25,307 nucleotides of DNA from a virus. Its lineage: Duplodnaviria > Caudoviricetes. The stretch is from positions 1 to 25,307 of IMG/VR virus record IMGVR_UViG_3300020045_002937. The stretch is one strand, 5' to 3'. Under the pieces are notes generated by a model, which worked only from the letters and a program-made list of their open reading frames with translations, searched no databases and was not told where the DNA came from. Of this stretch, positions 15,363 through 24,596 are shown one piece after another (position 1 is the stretch's first letter; each line of letters begins with the position of its first letter). The position numbers were made by a program, and so were the translations under genes.

Positions 15363-16346
15363 TCATTTTTCAACAGCAAGCAAATCAGGTGCAGCAACAC
15401 CCATTGCAGCGGCTATAGCGGCAGAACGTCGCCAGGGGTCGAAGGCTGCGAAGCGGGAACGGATATTGTCTGAATTGATCATCGCCACGGTATCCGCCAA
15501 AGCACCATTCCCTTGACCACTATCTATTACATTTTTCATGGTGTATGAATCATATCCGGCATTTCGAGCTATTCCGGCATTAGATTCTGGCCCGCCGCGA
15601 CCAAAAACAGACGACCACTCCCGCCCTCTGGCATCGCTCCATGCCGATTTCCCTTTATTAACCATTAACGGGAATACCTGAGCATCTGGAAGCAGTTCTT
15701 TGAAATTAGATAATGGAGCAAATGCGTATCCACTTGCCACATCTGGCGATGTTGACGTAAACAGAGCCTTCCTTATAGGGGTTCCGTCATCCGTTTGAAG
15801 ATATGTTTTCATGCTTGGTTCGATAACTCTTCCAAGCGACGGATCATCTGGAGAAAACTCTTTTCCAGTCCCACGAAATACTTCTGTATCAAACCCCATC
15901 GCCATAGCTCTATCCAGCGCCGTATTACCCGCATGAAGACCTAACCCCCCGTTCTCTGTCGTAAGTGCTGCGCGGATTTGTGCGAGTCTCAGGGCTTCTG
16001 CTTGCGGGGCTTCCTTGCCAACTGACTTGATGCTTCCCAGAATCGCACCCAACAGACCGGCACTACCGGAATGAGCCGCAGCAGCTTTAACACCCGCGCC
16101 GAGCAGCCCAGCGAGTTTAGACGGTATGCCCGTACCTATAAGGTCATCCGGCGAAATCATCGGAGCCTCTAGCGCATGACCTCCCGCCCGTTCGTTATCC
16201 GGTTGCCACGTACCCTGTGAGGGCTGAGACATGACCGAGTTCTTACGGTCAGCGAGTGCCTGTTGCGCCTGTAGGAGCGAGGCAAGGCGATTGAGCTTGC
16301 CCGTACCCTGTTGTGTGTCGCCGTATGCGAAATCGAGAAGGCCCAT
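15363..16346 (-). CDS. ADP-ribosyltransferase-fold protein (ART-PolyVal-like domain) with G/A/L-rich N-terminus
   Basis: VFRGT, LFTSTSPDVASGYA, VFPLMV, GYDS, NIRSRFAAFDP follow the YHGT..FFT..A..YA..GYDG..QIRS pattern. Confidence 0.65.
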   Translation of the reverse strand: MGLLDFAYGDTQQGTGKLNRLASLLQAQQALADRKNSVMSQPSQGTWQPDNERAGGHALEAPMISPDDLIGTGIPSKLAGLLGAGVKAAAAHSGSAGLLGAILGSIKSVGKEAPQAEALRLAQIRAALTTENGGLGLHAGNTALDRAMAMGFDTEVFRGTGKEFSPDDPSLGRVIEPSMKTYLQTDDGTPIRKALFTSTSPDVASGYAFAPLSNFKELLPDAQVFPLMVNKGKSAWSDARGREWSSVFGRGGPESNAGIARNAGYDSYTMKNVIDSGQGNGALADTVAMINSDNIRSRFAAFDPWRRSAAIAAAMGVAAPDLLAVEK

Positions 16347-16353
16347 GTTTATC

Positions 16354-16800
16354 TCACTGAACCGGACACTGATTAAGGATGCACCACGCTTGCCACGCGC
16401 TTACTTTTGCGGCGTCGTCGGCTGCTGATTCAATGAAGGCTGAATCAGGAACGCATTGCGGGCGGGCTGCATCATCCAGGGGCTTGCCGGGGCCATTGTC
16501 GGGCAGGGTACAGCTACTGGCATTTGGGTAGCGCAGCTTGTAAGCAGCAACAGCGCCAGCACGGATAGCGGGGATTTTGCGTTCATAGTCGTCCGTCACT
16601 TTCTTTAGGTTGTCTTTACCTTGTTGCTCGATACGCTTTGCGTTTGCTGCGGCCTGTTCGCCTAGCGTTTTGACCGAGGCTTGTAGCGTCACAAGTTCGT
16701 CACGCTTGCCGAGGTACAGGTTAGTCATACTAATTAGTAACAAGATTAGTACACCAATGACAATGTACGGCGCAGCTTTAATCCACGTTAGCGGGTTCAT
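16354..16800 (-). CDS. Rz: Rz-like inner-membrane spanin
   Basis: N-terminal TM helix, coiled coil, C-terminal Cys residues, embedded lipoprotein gene. Confidence 0.75.
   Translation of the reverse strand: MNPLTWIKAAPYIVIGVLILLLISMTNLYLGKRDELVTLQASVKTLGEQAAANAKRIEQQGKDNLKKVTDDYERKIPAIRAGAVAAYKLRYPNASSCTLPDNGPGKPLDDAARPQCVPDSAFIESAADDAAKVSAWQAWCILNQCPVQ
16401..16586 (-). CDS. Rz1: Rz1-like outer-membrane lipoprotein spanin embedded in Rz
   Basis: Signal peptide with lipobox LTS-C and Pro-rich mature part, in a different frame inside Rz. Confidence 0.75.
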   Translation of the reverse strand: MNAKSPLSVLALLLLTSCATQMPVAVPCPTMAPASPWMMQPARNAFLIQPSLNQQPTTPQK

Positions 16801-17044
16801 TCTCTTTGTCCCTTATTTGATGCATTAACCGCTTTAATCGCTCACATGCGGCTGGATAGCATGCAGAATGTCCGCATTCGTGCGGATGCGCCGAAGCCGG
16901 TACTTCCTGCACGGTAAATCCGAGCGGGCAACGGATCTCTACCTTTCCGAGATTTACGGGCGAATGTTCCGAATTTTCGGTAGTTGTTAACATGTGACGA
17001 TGACCTGTATAGATTTTGGCGGTTTTGTCGCAGATACTGTTCAA
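16778..17044 (-). CDS. Hypothetical Cys/His-rich protein (start uncertain)
   Basis: Fills the gap between the phosphoesterase and Rz and overlaps the Rz start. Confidence 0.4.
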   Translation of the reverse strand: MNSICDKTAKIYTGHRHMLTTTENSEHSPVNLGKVEIRCPLGFTVQEVPASAHPHECGHSACYPAACERLKRLMHQIRDKENEPANVD

Positions 17045-17080
17045 TGTTTATAGAAGTTCACGTTTCGTGAACAGCGAAAG

Positions 17081-17938
17081 TTATTGAACGCCGTACCGTC
17101 TGCGTAGGTAGTTAAGGCTGATTTGCAGTAAGTCGGCTTGACCGTTGTTTACCTCGTTCAGCATCCACACGCCCGGCTTCTGCCCGTTGCCCTGCGCCCC
17201 CAAGTATTCCTCTTTGTGTTGGTAGCAGATACCGGAGAACAGCGCGAAGTTCTGCGTCTTCTTGTGGATAGCGATGTCGATGTGTTGTACGTGTCCCTGT
17301 ACAACTGATCCTTGACGTTCTCGGAGTGCTACCTGTGCGCTAGATGCCGCCCGGCCCATAACACCGGAAGTTACATAGTGGACGTATTCGATGCCGTCGA
17401 TACACTCAGGCTGAAGGTACGGGATAACTTCCCATCCCCACGCCTCATAGCCCAAATCCTCAACCCGCAACAATCCGTCTAGCTTTGGGTCAGATTCAAC
17501 AACCCTGTTGATTCGGTTTTCGTGGTTTCCCAAGGTTAGAACCATGCGCGGCTTGTAGCCTTCAATGTCGCAAAAAGGTTCGCAAAGCAACTCCATTGCC
17601 TTGTGGCATGATTCAAGATCCGTTTTGTACCGTCGCCCCTCGAATGACTTTTTACCAACATCGTAGCTGGAAAGGCTTGGCAGGTCGGCAAAGTCACCGA
17701 TACACACAATGACATCGGGCTGCTTATCTGCGATGTATTTACCGATCCACGTTAAATGCTCTAGCGGAACGCCGTCCTTCGCTTGCACATCAGGAATCAC
17801 CAAATGCCGCTTAGAGGCTAGTGGTTCCGGCTTAACTTTCTTGATCTTCCTGCGGAGTGTCGTTATCGGCATTCCAAGTGCTATTGCAGCGGCTGATACG
17901 TTCCAATCGTATTTATCAAGCGCGGCTTGAATGTCCAT
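17081..17938 (-). CDS. Calcineurin-like metallophosphoesterase with N-terminal Fis-like HTH
   Basis: PDxQ, GDFAD, GNHE and GHxxH motifs; WNVSAAAIALGMPITTLRRKIKK HTH. Confidence 0.85.
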   Translation of the reverse strand: MDIQAALDKYDWNVSAAAIALGMPITTLRRKIKKVKPEPLASKRHLVIPDVQAKDGVPLEHLTWIGKYIADKQPDVIVCIGDFADLPSLSSYDVGKKSFEGRRYKTDLESCHKAMELLCEPFCDIEGYKPRMVLTLGNHENRINRVVESDPKLDGLLRVEDLGYEAWGWEVIPYLQPECIDGIEYVHYVTSGVMGRAASSAQVALRERQGSVVQGHVQHIDIAIHKKTQNFALFSGICYQHKEEYLGAQGNGQKPGVWMLNEVNNGQADLLQISLNYLRRRYGVQ

Positions 17939-18279
17939 TAAAACTCGCTTTCATTCCACCCAAAATAAACACAAACCTCTTTAACCGCTTCGGGCCATCG
18001 TCCTTTGTGGTCGGAGTGGTCGGGGTCGCCATCGCGCTCTAGCTTCAGGTGCAACATTTCGTGCGCCATCGTCCGAATAACATCGTCAAAGTTCCGACAT
18101 TGCATACACGAAATAGAGATTGAATGCGGGTCGGAGTCGTACAGCCCAAAGGCTCGATTGGAACGGGAAACGCTCAATTCGATACGGTACTCGTCAGGCA
18201 TCTTCCACTTGCTATAAGGCGGGAGCATAGCTAAGGCGGTATAAACCGCCCTGACGTGTTTTTCAGTTAGCGCAAGCAC
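17938..18279 (-). CDS. SprT-like zincin metallopeptidase
   Basis: TMAHEMLH followed by DH...W; TAATG coupling to the phosphoesterase. Confidence 0.7.
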   Translation of the reverse strand: MLALTEKHVRAVYTALAMLPPYSKWKMPDEYRIELSVSRSNRAFGLYDSDPHSISISCMQCRNFDDVIRTMAHEMLHLKLERDGDPDHSDHKGRWPEAVKEVCVYFGWNESEF

Positions 18280-18304
18280 AGTGAGTACCTTTCAGGCATA
18301 ATTA

Positions 18305-18790
18305 TCATTTAGCATCTTGCAGGCATAGCTCACGTTCTTTAATCCGGCGATTGGTCAGTCCCTGAATCGCTTTCTTTTTGACGCACTTGCCGTCTGCGGT
18401 TCGCTCAACGCATACGCGGTTAAAGTCAAGGATGGTTTCGCAGGCGGCGGCTACATTTCCCGCCCTGAGTTTTTGCGGGATGGAGGAATTACATACCGCC
18501 GCCGATCCGCAGTTGTAAGCGAGGCTGACGAAGGCCACCCGGCGCGTGCCGGGCGTCTTGTAGTTGTCAGGAAGGCACCGGCTTAATTCAGCATCAAACT
18601 GCAATATCCGAGCGTATAACTTTGCATCACACTGCTCTTTTGTGGCCGTGTCGCCTTCATGTACGTTAAGAGTTTCACCTTGGCAAATACTCCAAACTCC
18701 GATCACGTCAGGATAAGCTACATAGCGAGTACCTTCTAAGCCACCAATGAACAGGAAAGCCGCAGCCAGCCAAAGCGGAGTCTTTTTCAT
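18305..18790 (-). CDS. Endolysin, GH24 lysozyme with possible SAR anchor
   Basis: EG.RYVAY.D..GVWSIC.GET catalytic pattern, S.AYN.G, GL.NRR..ERELCL; hydrophobic N-terminus. Confidence 0.92.
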   Translation of the reverse strand: MKKTPLWLAAAFLFIGGLEGTRYVAYPDVIGVWSICQGETLNVHEGDTATKEQCDAKLYARILQFDAELSRCLPDNYKTPGTRRVAFVSLAYNCGSAAVCNSSIPQKLRAGNVAAACETILDFNRVCVERTADGKCVKKKAIQGLTNRRIKERELCLQDAK

Positions 18791-18990
18791 TCGTCAGCGT
18801 CGTACTTCCGGCGTTTCTTTCCGAGCCAGCCTTGTACCGTATTTGTTTCATAAAGCCGGATAATCACCCATACAAGCGATAAAACTGCCGTGGCGTTGGC
18901 AATCCATCCCATGACTGCGGAGATGGTTATGTATGCCGCTATGCCGTCGACTACGTGCTTGACGTTTTCAGGGACGTTTTCGTAGCTCAT
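18787..18990 (-). CDS. Holin (putative)
   Basis: 67 aa, 1-2 TM segments, basic then acidic C-terminal tail, ATGA overlap with the endolysin. Confidence 0.7.
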   Translation of the reverse strand: MSYENVPENVKHVVDGIAAYITISAVMGWIANATAVLSLVWVIIRLYETNTVQGWLGKKRRKYDADE

Positions 18991-19024
18991 AGATTGGCCT
19001 ATGATAGTAATGGGTTGAAATGGG

Positions 19025-19363
19025 TTAAATCGTGGCGAAGGGGCGGCAGGTCAAGCAGAGAGCCGTTGAGCCGTTATAGACTTCATCAGCAGGAAGCCAA
19101 TTTTTGTAGGCGTCTGAATCAACGCCCCACAGCTTGAAACCGACATATCCGGCTCTGTTTCCGGCGCGATAGGCAAAATACGGTAAAACCGGATACTTGC
19201 AGAAGAGCCGGATGACGTACTTGAAGTACGGCGGCTTAAACCAGTTACCTATGTACGGGTCGCACACGTCGCCTGAATACAACCGGAACAGGAAACCGTT
19301 AGACGCGGGAAAAGGTGAAGTCAGTTGCTGCGAGTCGGACTTGTAGTGACAGAAGGCTTTCAT
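19025..19363 (-). CDS. Hypothetical aromatic-rich protein after the tail fibre
   Basis: Starts 4 bp after the tail fibre stop. Confidence 0.6.
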   Translation of the reverse strand: MKAFCHYKSDSQQLTSPFPASNGFLFRLYSGDVCDPYIGNWFKPPYFKYVIRLFCKYPVLPYFAYRAGNRAGYVGFKLWGVDSDAYKNWLPADEVYNGSTALCLTCRPFATI

Positions 19364-19366
19364 CTA

Positions 19367-20548
19367 TCACTCGTAGGAAATGCTGATTGATCCCGCATCG
19401 AAGGCGTCAGACCCGTTTGCCATCGTGGGACGAACTCTATCCAAAGCGGCAGATAGGGACTTAACGCCAGCGTTCATAATCGGAACACCATCACTCCGGT
19501 TGACTATCCCCGCCGCTACCCACGTGTTTGTTGCGCTGTCTTGCAGATTAAGAACGAGTTGACCCGATATAGTTGTCGCAGCAGATACGATGTGACTGAT
19601 TAGGAATCCGGCTGTAGACGCCGTATTTGCCCCTCCGAGATAGGCCGTACCCGCCACATATCCGGTGTCTTCGACACCCCCCGAGTCGCCGATCTGGAGA
19701 AGCATGTTGCTTGTGCCGTTGGTTGATACTCCAGACAGCATTACCGTGATGCGTTTCGCGGTAGCCGGTATTCCAGTAAAATCTATCGACACCCCACTGG
19801 TCGATGCAACGGGAGTTCCAAGCGTGATGCCACTCGATGGAGGCGTGAACCACTCTGGAGCCGTCGCCCCGGCATTGATTCGCAGATGTTGAGACGCCGT
19901 ACCTTTGGCTAAACGCGCTACGGTATCCACACCAGTAGCGACAAGAATGTCACCCTGTGCCAAGGCAAGGCCGGAAAGAGACGCAAGATTTGCGTCATAG
20001 GCTTGAACTGATACGCCAATATCCTCCGCTTTGAGTCCAGAAGATAACTGGAACCTTGTTCCGTCATAAACCACGATGACGACAGACCCCGAAGCAATAT
20101 CTCCAGCAACAAGCGGCGTTGTGCCGTTTTTGGTTATTGCCTTCGCGCCAATAGAATTGATATTCAGCGTTACCGCCGTGGTATTTGTACCAGCCGCGAC
20201 AAAGCGGAATGTCTGCCCTGCGGCATAGGCAGCTAACGAAATAGCGGCTCCTGCGGTTATCGTGTCTGCACCGCTAACGCTCGTCAGCCAGTCGAATATG
20301 TTGTCTTGCGACTGACCGGCAGAACAGTAATCAGTGCGAACCGTCGCATTTGCCACGCCGGTATGCTTGTAATTCCCCATCGGCAGATTCGCGGTAGGAG
20401 TGGTCTGCCCGTCTTTCGCTAGAGAGTTGGTCATCTCCGTTGCAATGTCCGCAAGGGTCGCGTTATGGACAGTGCTGGATATGGTGGTTCCTGTGACTAC
20501 AGGGTTGCCCGAAGGCAAACTATATGCCCCGCTACCGTTTCTCGACAT
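19367..20548 (-). CDS. Tail fibre / receptor-binding protein
   Basis: N-terminal MSRNGSGAYSLP.GNPVVTGTTISS adaptor typical of podovirus fibres; beta-rich modules; AGGAG SD; position before lysis genes. Confidence 0.75.
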   Translation of the reverse strand: MSRNGSGAYSLPSGNPVVTGTTISSTVHNATLADIATEMTNSLAKDGQTTPTANLPMGNYKHTGVANATVRTDYCSAGQSQDNIFDWLTSVSGADTITAGAAISLAAYAAGQTFRFVAAGTNTTAVTLNINSIGAKAITKNGTTPLVAGDIASGSVVIVVYDGTRFQLSSGLKAEDIGVSVQAYDANLASLSGLALAQGDILVATGVDTVARLAKGTASQHLRINAGATAPEWFTPPSSGITLGTPVASTSGVSIDFTGIPATAKRITVMLSGVSTNGTSNMLLQIGDSGGVEDTGYVAGTAYLGGANTASTAGFLISHIVSAATTISGQLVLNLQDSATNTWVAAGIVNRSDGVPIMNAGVKSLSAALDRVRPTMANGSDAFDAGSISISYE

Positions 20549-20572
20549 GGTGTCTCCTGCGCTTCTCAGCGT

Positions 20573-20583
20573 TGTGCTATAAT
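20573..20583 (+). promoter_or_regulatory. Extended -10 promoter for the antisense moron
   Basis: TGTGcTATAAT, a perfect TGn-TATAAT, about 30 bp upstream of ATG 20613. Confidence 0.7.
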
Positions 20584-20612
20584 GAATGACCCGTTATAGG
20601 GTCGGAGGTGTT

Positions 20613-20858
20613 ATGGAATCTTGGCATTGGGGCGTACTACTCGCCCCCGTTGGTGCGTTGATAATCTTCGGTGGTATTGCGTTGCCGATTAAATGGGCTG
20701 TTGCTACGCTAATGCCGGAATGCTGGCTAAAGCGTCAGATACTCAAAGAACGATGCACGTCCAAGTGCAGCCAATCAAATCTGCGAGTGCTGGAGCAAGC
20801 CAAGCGTCATCCGTTAGGCTGGCGGCATTTTGTCAAAGGCGTATCACTGGCCGAGTAA
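20613..20858 (+). CDS. Small membrane protein (81 aa), moron antisense to the late operon
   Basis: GGAGGT SD, N-terminal TM helix, basic C-terminus, own promoter, convergent overlap with 20844..21956. Confidence 0.7.
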   Translation: MESWHWGVLLAPVGALIIFGGIALPIKWAVATLMPECWLKRQILKERCTSKCSQSNLRVLEQAKRHPLGWRHFVKGVSLAE

Positions 20859-21956
20859 TTGCATTCCCAACAACGCGGAAGCAGTCGGCATCATCGGAGA
20901 CGAGAGACTCCCCGAGTCCTTTACCGGAGACAACAGATTGTGTTGTACCGCAGGATTCTTGAGTAGGTTAGCCATCGACCGAATTGCAGGGCGCAATGTG
21001 AGTCCTGTAGCTGCTCCACCGACTGCCCCACCAAGGCCGGGGAAAATCATATTGCCAACAAGACCACCGGCAACGGCGGGGCCGTATCGTAAAAGCCTTG
21101 CCATGATTTGCTGCTTGACCTCATTACCGCTGAGTTTATCTGTAGCGTATTGAGCAGCCCTTTCTGCTTCCGTTTGCATGGCCTCTTTATAGGCTGCTGA
21201 TGTGGATTCCTTCATCGCGGCGGCTGGCATGAGTTTTTCCAGCGCCTTCTCTGCCAGTTCTCGCTCAAGCGAATTAAAGGTGAGTTGTTCGGCCTCTGTG
21301 AGTGGCCTATTTACACCAAGTTCGCGCAAGTGTTCAAGCTGTTTATAAGCAGCTTGGGCTGCACTTCCTGCTGCGCTTCGTGCGCTAGCCGTGTCTGATG
21401 CGGCAACTTGAGCAGCCTTGTCGGAAACCTTTTGTTCAATACTGGCGAGTTTATTTGACACCCCGCTCAGGATTTTATTCGCGCCCCATTGACCCCCCGC
21501 CGACGTTACTCCACCGATAACGGCATTCGCACCCTTGCCCTTTACAACATCAAGCGCAGTCTGTGTGTTTTCCACCGGACGAGTCAAACCAAACGCCGAT
21601 CCAACTTTCGCTGCGGCTGGGATGGTAGATCCAACCTTGGCGAACGGAACAGCAGTCAACGCTACGTTTCCAGCCAAAGCCCCAACAGGCGCTTCACTTT
21701 CAACGATTTTGTTGTTTGCAACATTCTGAGCGTTGCCTTGACCGTAAAACTGCTTAATTCCTTCGACTGTGTTATCCAGAGCCGTACCAGCACCCGCCCA
21801 ATTCCGGTCGAACCAACTGGCATTCTTTAGCTCTGCGCGTAACGCATCCGGCCAAGCATCCGCGCCAATCTTTATTGGCCCGTTAGCAAAGGCATCAGTT
21901 TTTGACGCCTCAGATTCTAGTCTGTGCCGAAATTCAAACTCTTCCTGTTCGGTCAT
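20844..21956 (-). CDS. Internal virion / DNA ejection protein (start at ATG 21956)
   Basis: A/G-rich helical protein with hydrophobic GG-rich patches; ATGA overlap with the upstream gene; position analogous to P22 gene 16. Confidence 0.6.
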   Translation of the reverse strand: MTEQEEFEFRHRLESEASKTDAFANGPIKIGADAWPDALRAELKNASWFDRNWAGAGTALDNTVEGIKQFYGQGNAQNVANNKIVESEAPVGALAGNVALTAVPFAKVGSTIPAAAKVGSAFGLTRPVENTQTALDVVKGKGANAVIGGVTSAGGQWGANKILSGVSNKLASIEQKVSDKAAQVAASDTASARSAAGSAAQAAYKQLEHLRELGVNRPLTEAEQLTFNSLERELAEKALEKLMPAAAMKESTSAAYKEAMQTEAERAAQYATDKLSGNEVKQQIMARLLRYGPAVAGGLVGNMIFPGLGGAVGGAATGLTLRPAIRSMANLLKNPAVQHNLLSPVKDSGSLSSPMMPTASALLGMQLLGQ

Positions 21957-23278
21957 TTCTTGCCCTGCGCTTTCTTCCAATCCTGATAGCGTTGTTCCTT
22001 GCCCTTGTCTTCAAATGGCACGACTCCGGCTTGTGGAAGCGCATCAATAGTCGAATCCTGTGCAACGGCTTTGAGTGCAGGGTCGTTCTTCCAACGCTCA
22101 AGAACCTTGCTACCCTTTTCGTGATTCGCTTTAGCGACTCGTTCTGACAGGTCGGCAACACGGCGCAAGTTTGCAGGGGTTGAATCAATCGTTCCGCTGA
22201 TCGCCTCTTGCAAGAATGCGCGGTCTTTGTCGGTAAATCCGTTACCCGCACCAAGCCCCGATGTTTTGATTCCGGCCAGGGTAAGCTTTCCGAGTCCGCC
22301 GATAAGTTCTTGAGTGCTGGCGGCCTTACCTTCTCCGATCAGACCTGCGGTTTCAAGAGCCTTCTGCACGGCAAGACGCGCCTCTGCGCCGGTTCCTGTA
22401 ATCGCGCCCTTGTCAAGCGCAGCACGTATGCTCTGAGCGTTCCTGATGACTTCAGGCGCTTGTTTTGCCAGTCCGACAGCCTCGACTCCGGCATCAGCTA
22501 ACGCACCACCAACTTTATTGTTGTATGCGTTCTCAGGGCCAGCAACGCTCACCGTGTTATTGACGTTCGATGCACCAGCCTTGCTAGTGGAGATCTTATA
22601 TTGTTGGTAAGCAGCATTCGGCGTGCCATCAGGGTTAAACGGCTGATTGAAGTCCTTAACTTCAGCAACAGGTTTATTGTCAGCACCAAGGCGCGTTTCT
22701 CCAGGAGACAGCGTGTAAGGCTTCGGCGCTTCTGCAATGCGTTCGCCCATCGGCCTGCCGGTGAACTCATCGACAAGCTGACCATTGATGTTGATACCCT
22801 TCGGAGCCTTCGGCAGCATGTTCTCGAACAGCTTGCCACCGTAAGCCTGAAGCATCGGATTGCCGGACTGAAGCGCGATACCCATTGCAGCGCGAGGATC
22901 GGGAGCAGCCGCAGCGGAGCCAGGATTCGGCGGGCCAGCGAGATCAGCAGGAAGCGGAGTGCTTGTTCCTTCGGGTGTTCCCTGTAGCGCAGTCATGAAC
23001 GCGCCCATATCCTTCGCGCTCAGTTCTTTCTGTTGGTTCAGTAGGTCTAGCTGCTTCTCGTCGTTCTTCTTGTTCATGTACGTACCGGCGAGAACCGACG
23101 CGAGACGGGCAAGGTGTTGAGTCGGAGCGGGGGCAACGTAGCGATTACCGATCATCTGACCCTGCGGCATTTCCAGCCCCTGAGTCTGGAGCATTTCCGC
23201 GAGCTTCTGTTGACGAGTGAGTTGCTGCTGTTGCGCGTAGAGATCAGGGGCAAAGATGGGGGCTTGATTTTGGGCCAT
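21953..23278 (-). CDS. Internal virion / DNA ejection protein (441 aa)
   Basis: Q/A/G-rich; GQM.G.RYVAP motif; position analogous to P22 gene 20. Confidence 0.65.
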   Translation of the reverse strand: MAQNQAPIFAPDLYAQQQQLTRQQKLAEMLQTQGLEMPQGQMIGNRYVAPAPTQHLARLASVLAGTYMNKKNDEKQLDLLNQQKELSAKDMGAFMTALQGTPEGTSTPLPADLAGPPNPGSAAAAPDPRAAMGIALQSGNPMLQAYGGKLFENMLPKAPKGININGQLVDEFTGRPMGERIAEAPKPYTLSPGETRLGADNKPVAEVKDFNQPFNPDGTPNAAYQQYKISTSKAGASNVNNTVSVAGPENAYNNKVGGALADAGVEAVGLAKQAPEVIRNAQSIRAALDKGAITGTGAEARLAVQKALETAGLIGEGKAASTQELIGGLGKLTLAGIKTSGLGAGNGFTDKDRAFLQEAISGTIDSTPANLRRVADLSERVAKANHEKGSKVLERWKNDPALKAVAQDSTIDALPQAGVVPFEDKGKEQRYQDWKKAQGKK

Positions 23279-23280
23279 GA

Positions 23281-23577
23281 TTAACCCTTATTCTGTGCGT
23301 TGAAGGCGTTGAGGTACATCTGATAGGAGTCTTGCTTGTTCGGTGGATTGACCGGCTGCGGGAGCGAGTCGTACGCGTTCCCTTTGTCCCCGAATGACTG
23401 AAGGGCAGAGGCAAGTTTCTGCACGTCAAAGCCTGCGCCGGGGGTCGTCTGCGAACCGTTGAACAGGGAAGGGTCGAGAGATTGACCCATTTGTGCGCCG
23501 AGTGCCTGACTGAGCGACTGTGAGCCGGGAGCCATCGACATCTGCGGCATGGACGGTTGATTAGTAAATTGGCTCAT
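23281..23577 (-). CDS. Small Q/S/M/P-rich internal virion protein (putative)
   Basis: ATGA overlap upstream; low-complexity composition; lies in the ejection gene block. Confidence 0.55.
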   Translation of the reverse strand: MSQFTNQPSMPQMSMAPGSQSLSQALGAQMGQSLDPSLFNGSQTTPGAGFDVQKLASALQSFGDKGNAYDSLPQPVNPPNKQDSYQMYLNAFNAQNKG

Positions 23578-24596
23578 GCGTACACCATCGCGTAATCAAC
23601 CGCCTTGTATCCACCGGACAGGGCATGCACAGCTTCTGGAATGACCAATTCGACTTCATCAGCCATCACGCCGAGTTGTCGGCCTGTTTCAAGCTCGAAT
23701 TCGGGTTTGTACTCGAATGTATAGAGGTTCAGTCCGTTGTCGAGAACTCCGATCTTGTGAATGTTCTGTTTCAGGCGACGGTCTGACATGAACATCGCCG
23801 CCGTACCCGCAGCCTGAAATAGACCGTTCATATTGTTTGCATTGGACGCATTCGCCGCATTCGATGCCCCAAGTTGCGAGTTATATCCGGCCTGAGTAGC
23901 ACCGAGAAGGTCAGCCCCTGCCGTGGTCGCTTGTTGCGGAACTTGGGTAAATTGCGGGTTCTGTACCTGTGAGCCAGTCCGTAACGCGTTGATGACGTTA
24001 ATCGGCTGCATTTGATTGTAAGCCGACTGCTGGAAGGCGTTTTGATTCGCCGTCTGACCGACCCCGAAGCCCTGCACAGTGGCGTTGTTCAACAGGTCGT
24101 TGTGTCGCTCACCGAGCAACGTCTTGGCATTGTTGTACGCCTCGGAACCCTGCATGATTCCTTGGTTTGCTAGTTGAGCGTCAGACTGTGAATTCTCGCG
24201 GTCAATCTGCGGTGAAAGTCTGGCCATCATCGCATCTTGATACGACTGACCAGGGTCTATTCCAACTTGCGGGAGTTTTGAGGTATCTACGCCGGGATGA
24301 GCGAGAACGTCATTGGCGTAGTTCAGTCCCGTATTCGCCGTGTTCATCAGCCCTTGGTTCAGGGTATTGGTCGAATCGAGAATGCCTTGCTGTGAAGGGC
24401 TTAGTTCGGTCGTCGCAGTCCATCCGGCGTCAGGGTCGTCGCCTTGCCGGGTATAGGTCAAGTTGCCATAGGGCGTAACCTGATTGACTCGATTAGCTTT
24501 AGCAGCGACGCGGGCAGCGTCGAGATTACCGGCAGCGGTCGCATTGGCAGCACCGACGTAATCAGGGGTAGCAGGGGCAGAGGGTGAAGAACTCAT
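23574..24596 (-). CDS. Ejection/pilot protein with C-terminal peptidase S74-like intramolecular chaperone domain
   Basis: NQVTPYGNLTY N-terminal motif; SDRRLKQNI...GVMADEV...PEAV...VDY C-terminus. Confidence 0.75.
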   Translation of the reverse strand: MSSSPSAPATPDYVGAANATAAGNLDAARVAAKANRVNQVTPYGNLTYTRQGDDPDAGWTATTELSPSQQGILDSTNTLNQGLMNTANTGLNYANDVLAHPGVDTSKLPQVGIDPGQSYQDAMMARLSPQIDRENSQSDAQLANQGIMQGSEAYNNAKTLLGERHNDLLNNATVQGFGVGQTANQNAFQQSAYNQMQPINVINALRTGSQVQNPQFTQVPQQATTAGADLLGATQAGYNSQLGASNAANASNANNMNGLFQAAGTAAMFMSDRRLKQNIHKIGVLDNGLNLYTFEYKPEFELETGRQLGVMADEVELVIPEAVHALSGGYKAVDYAMVYA

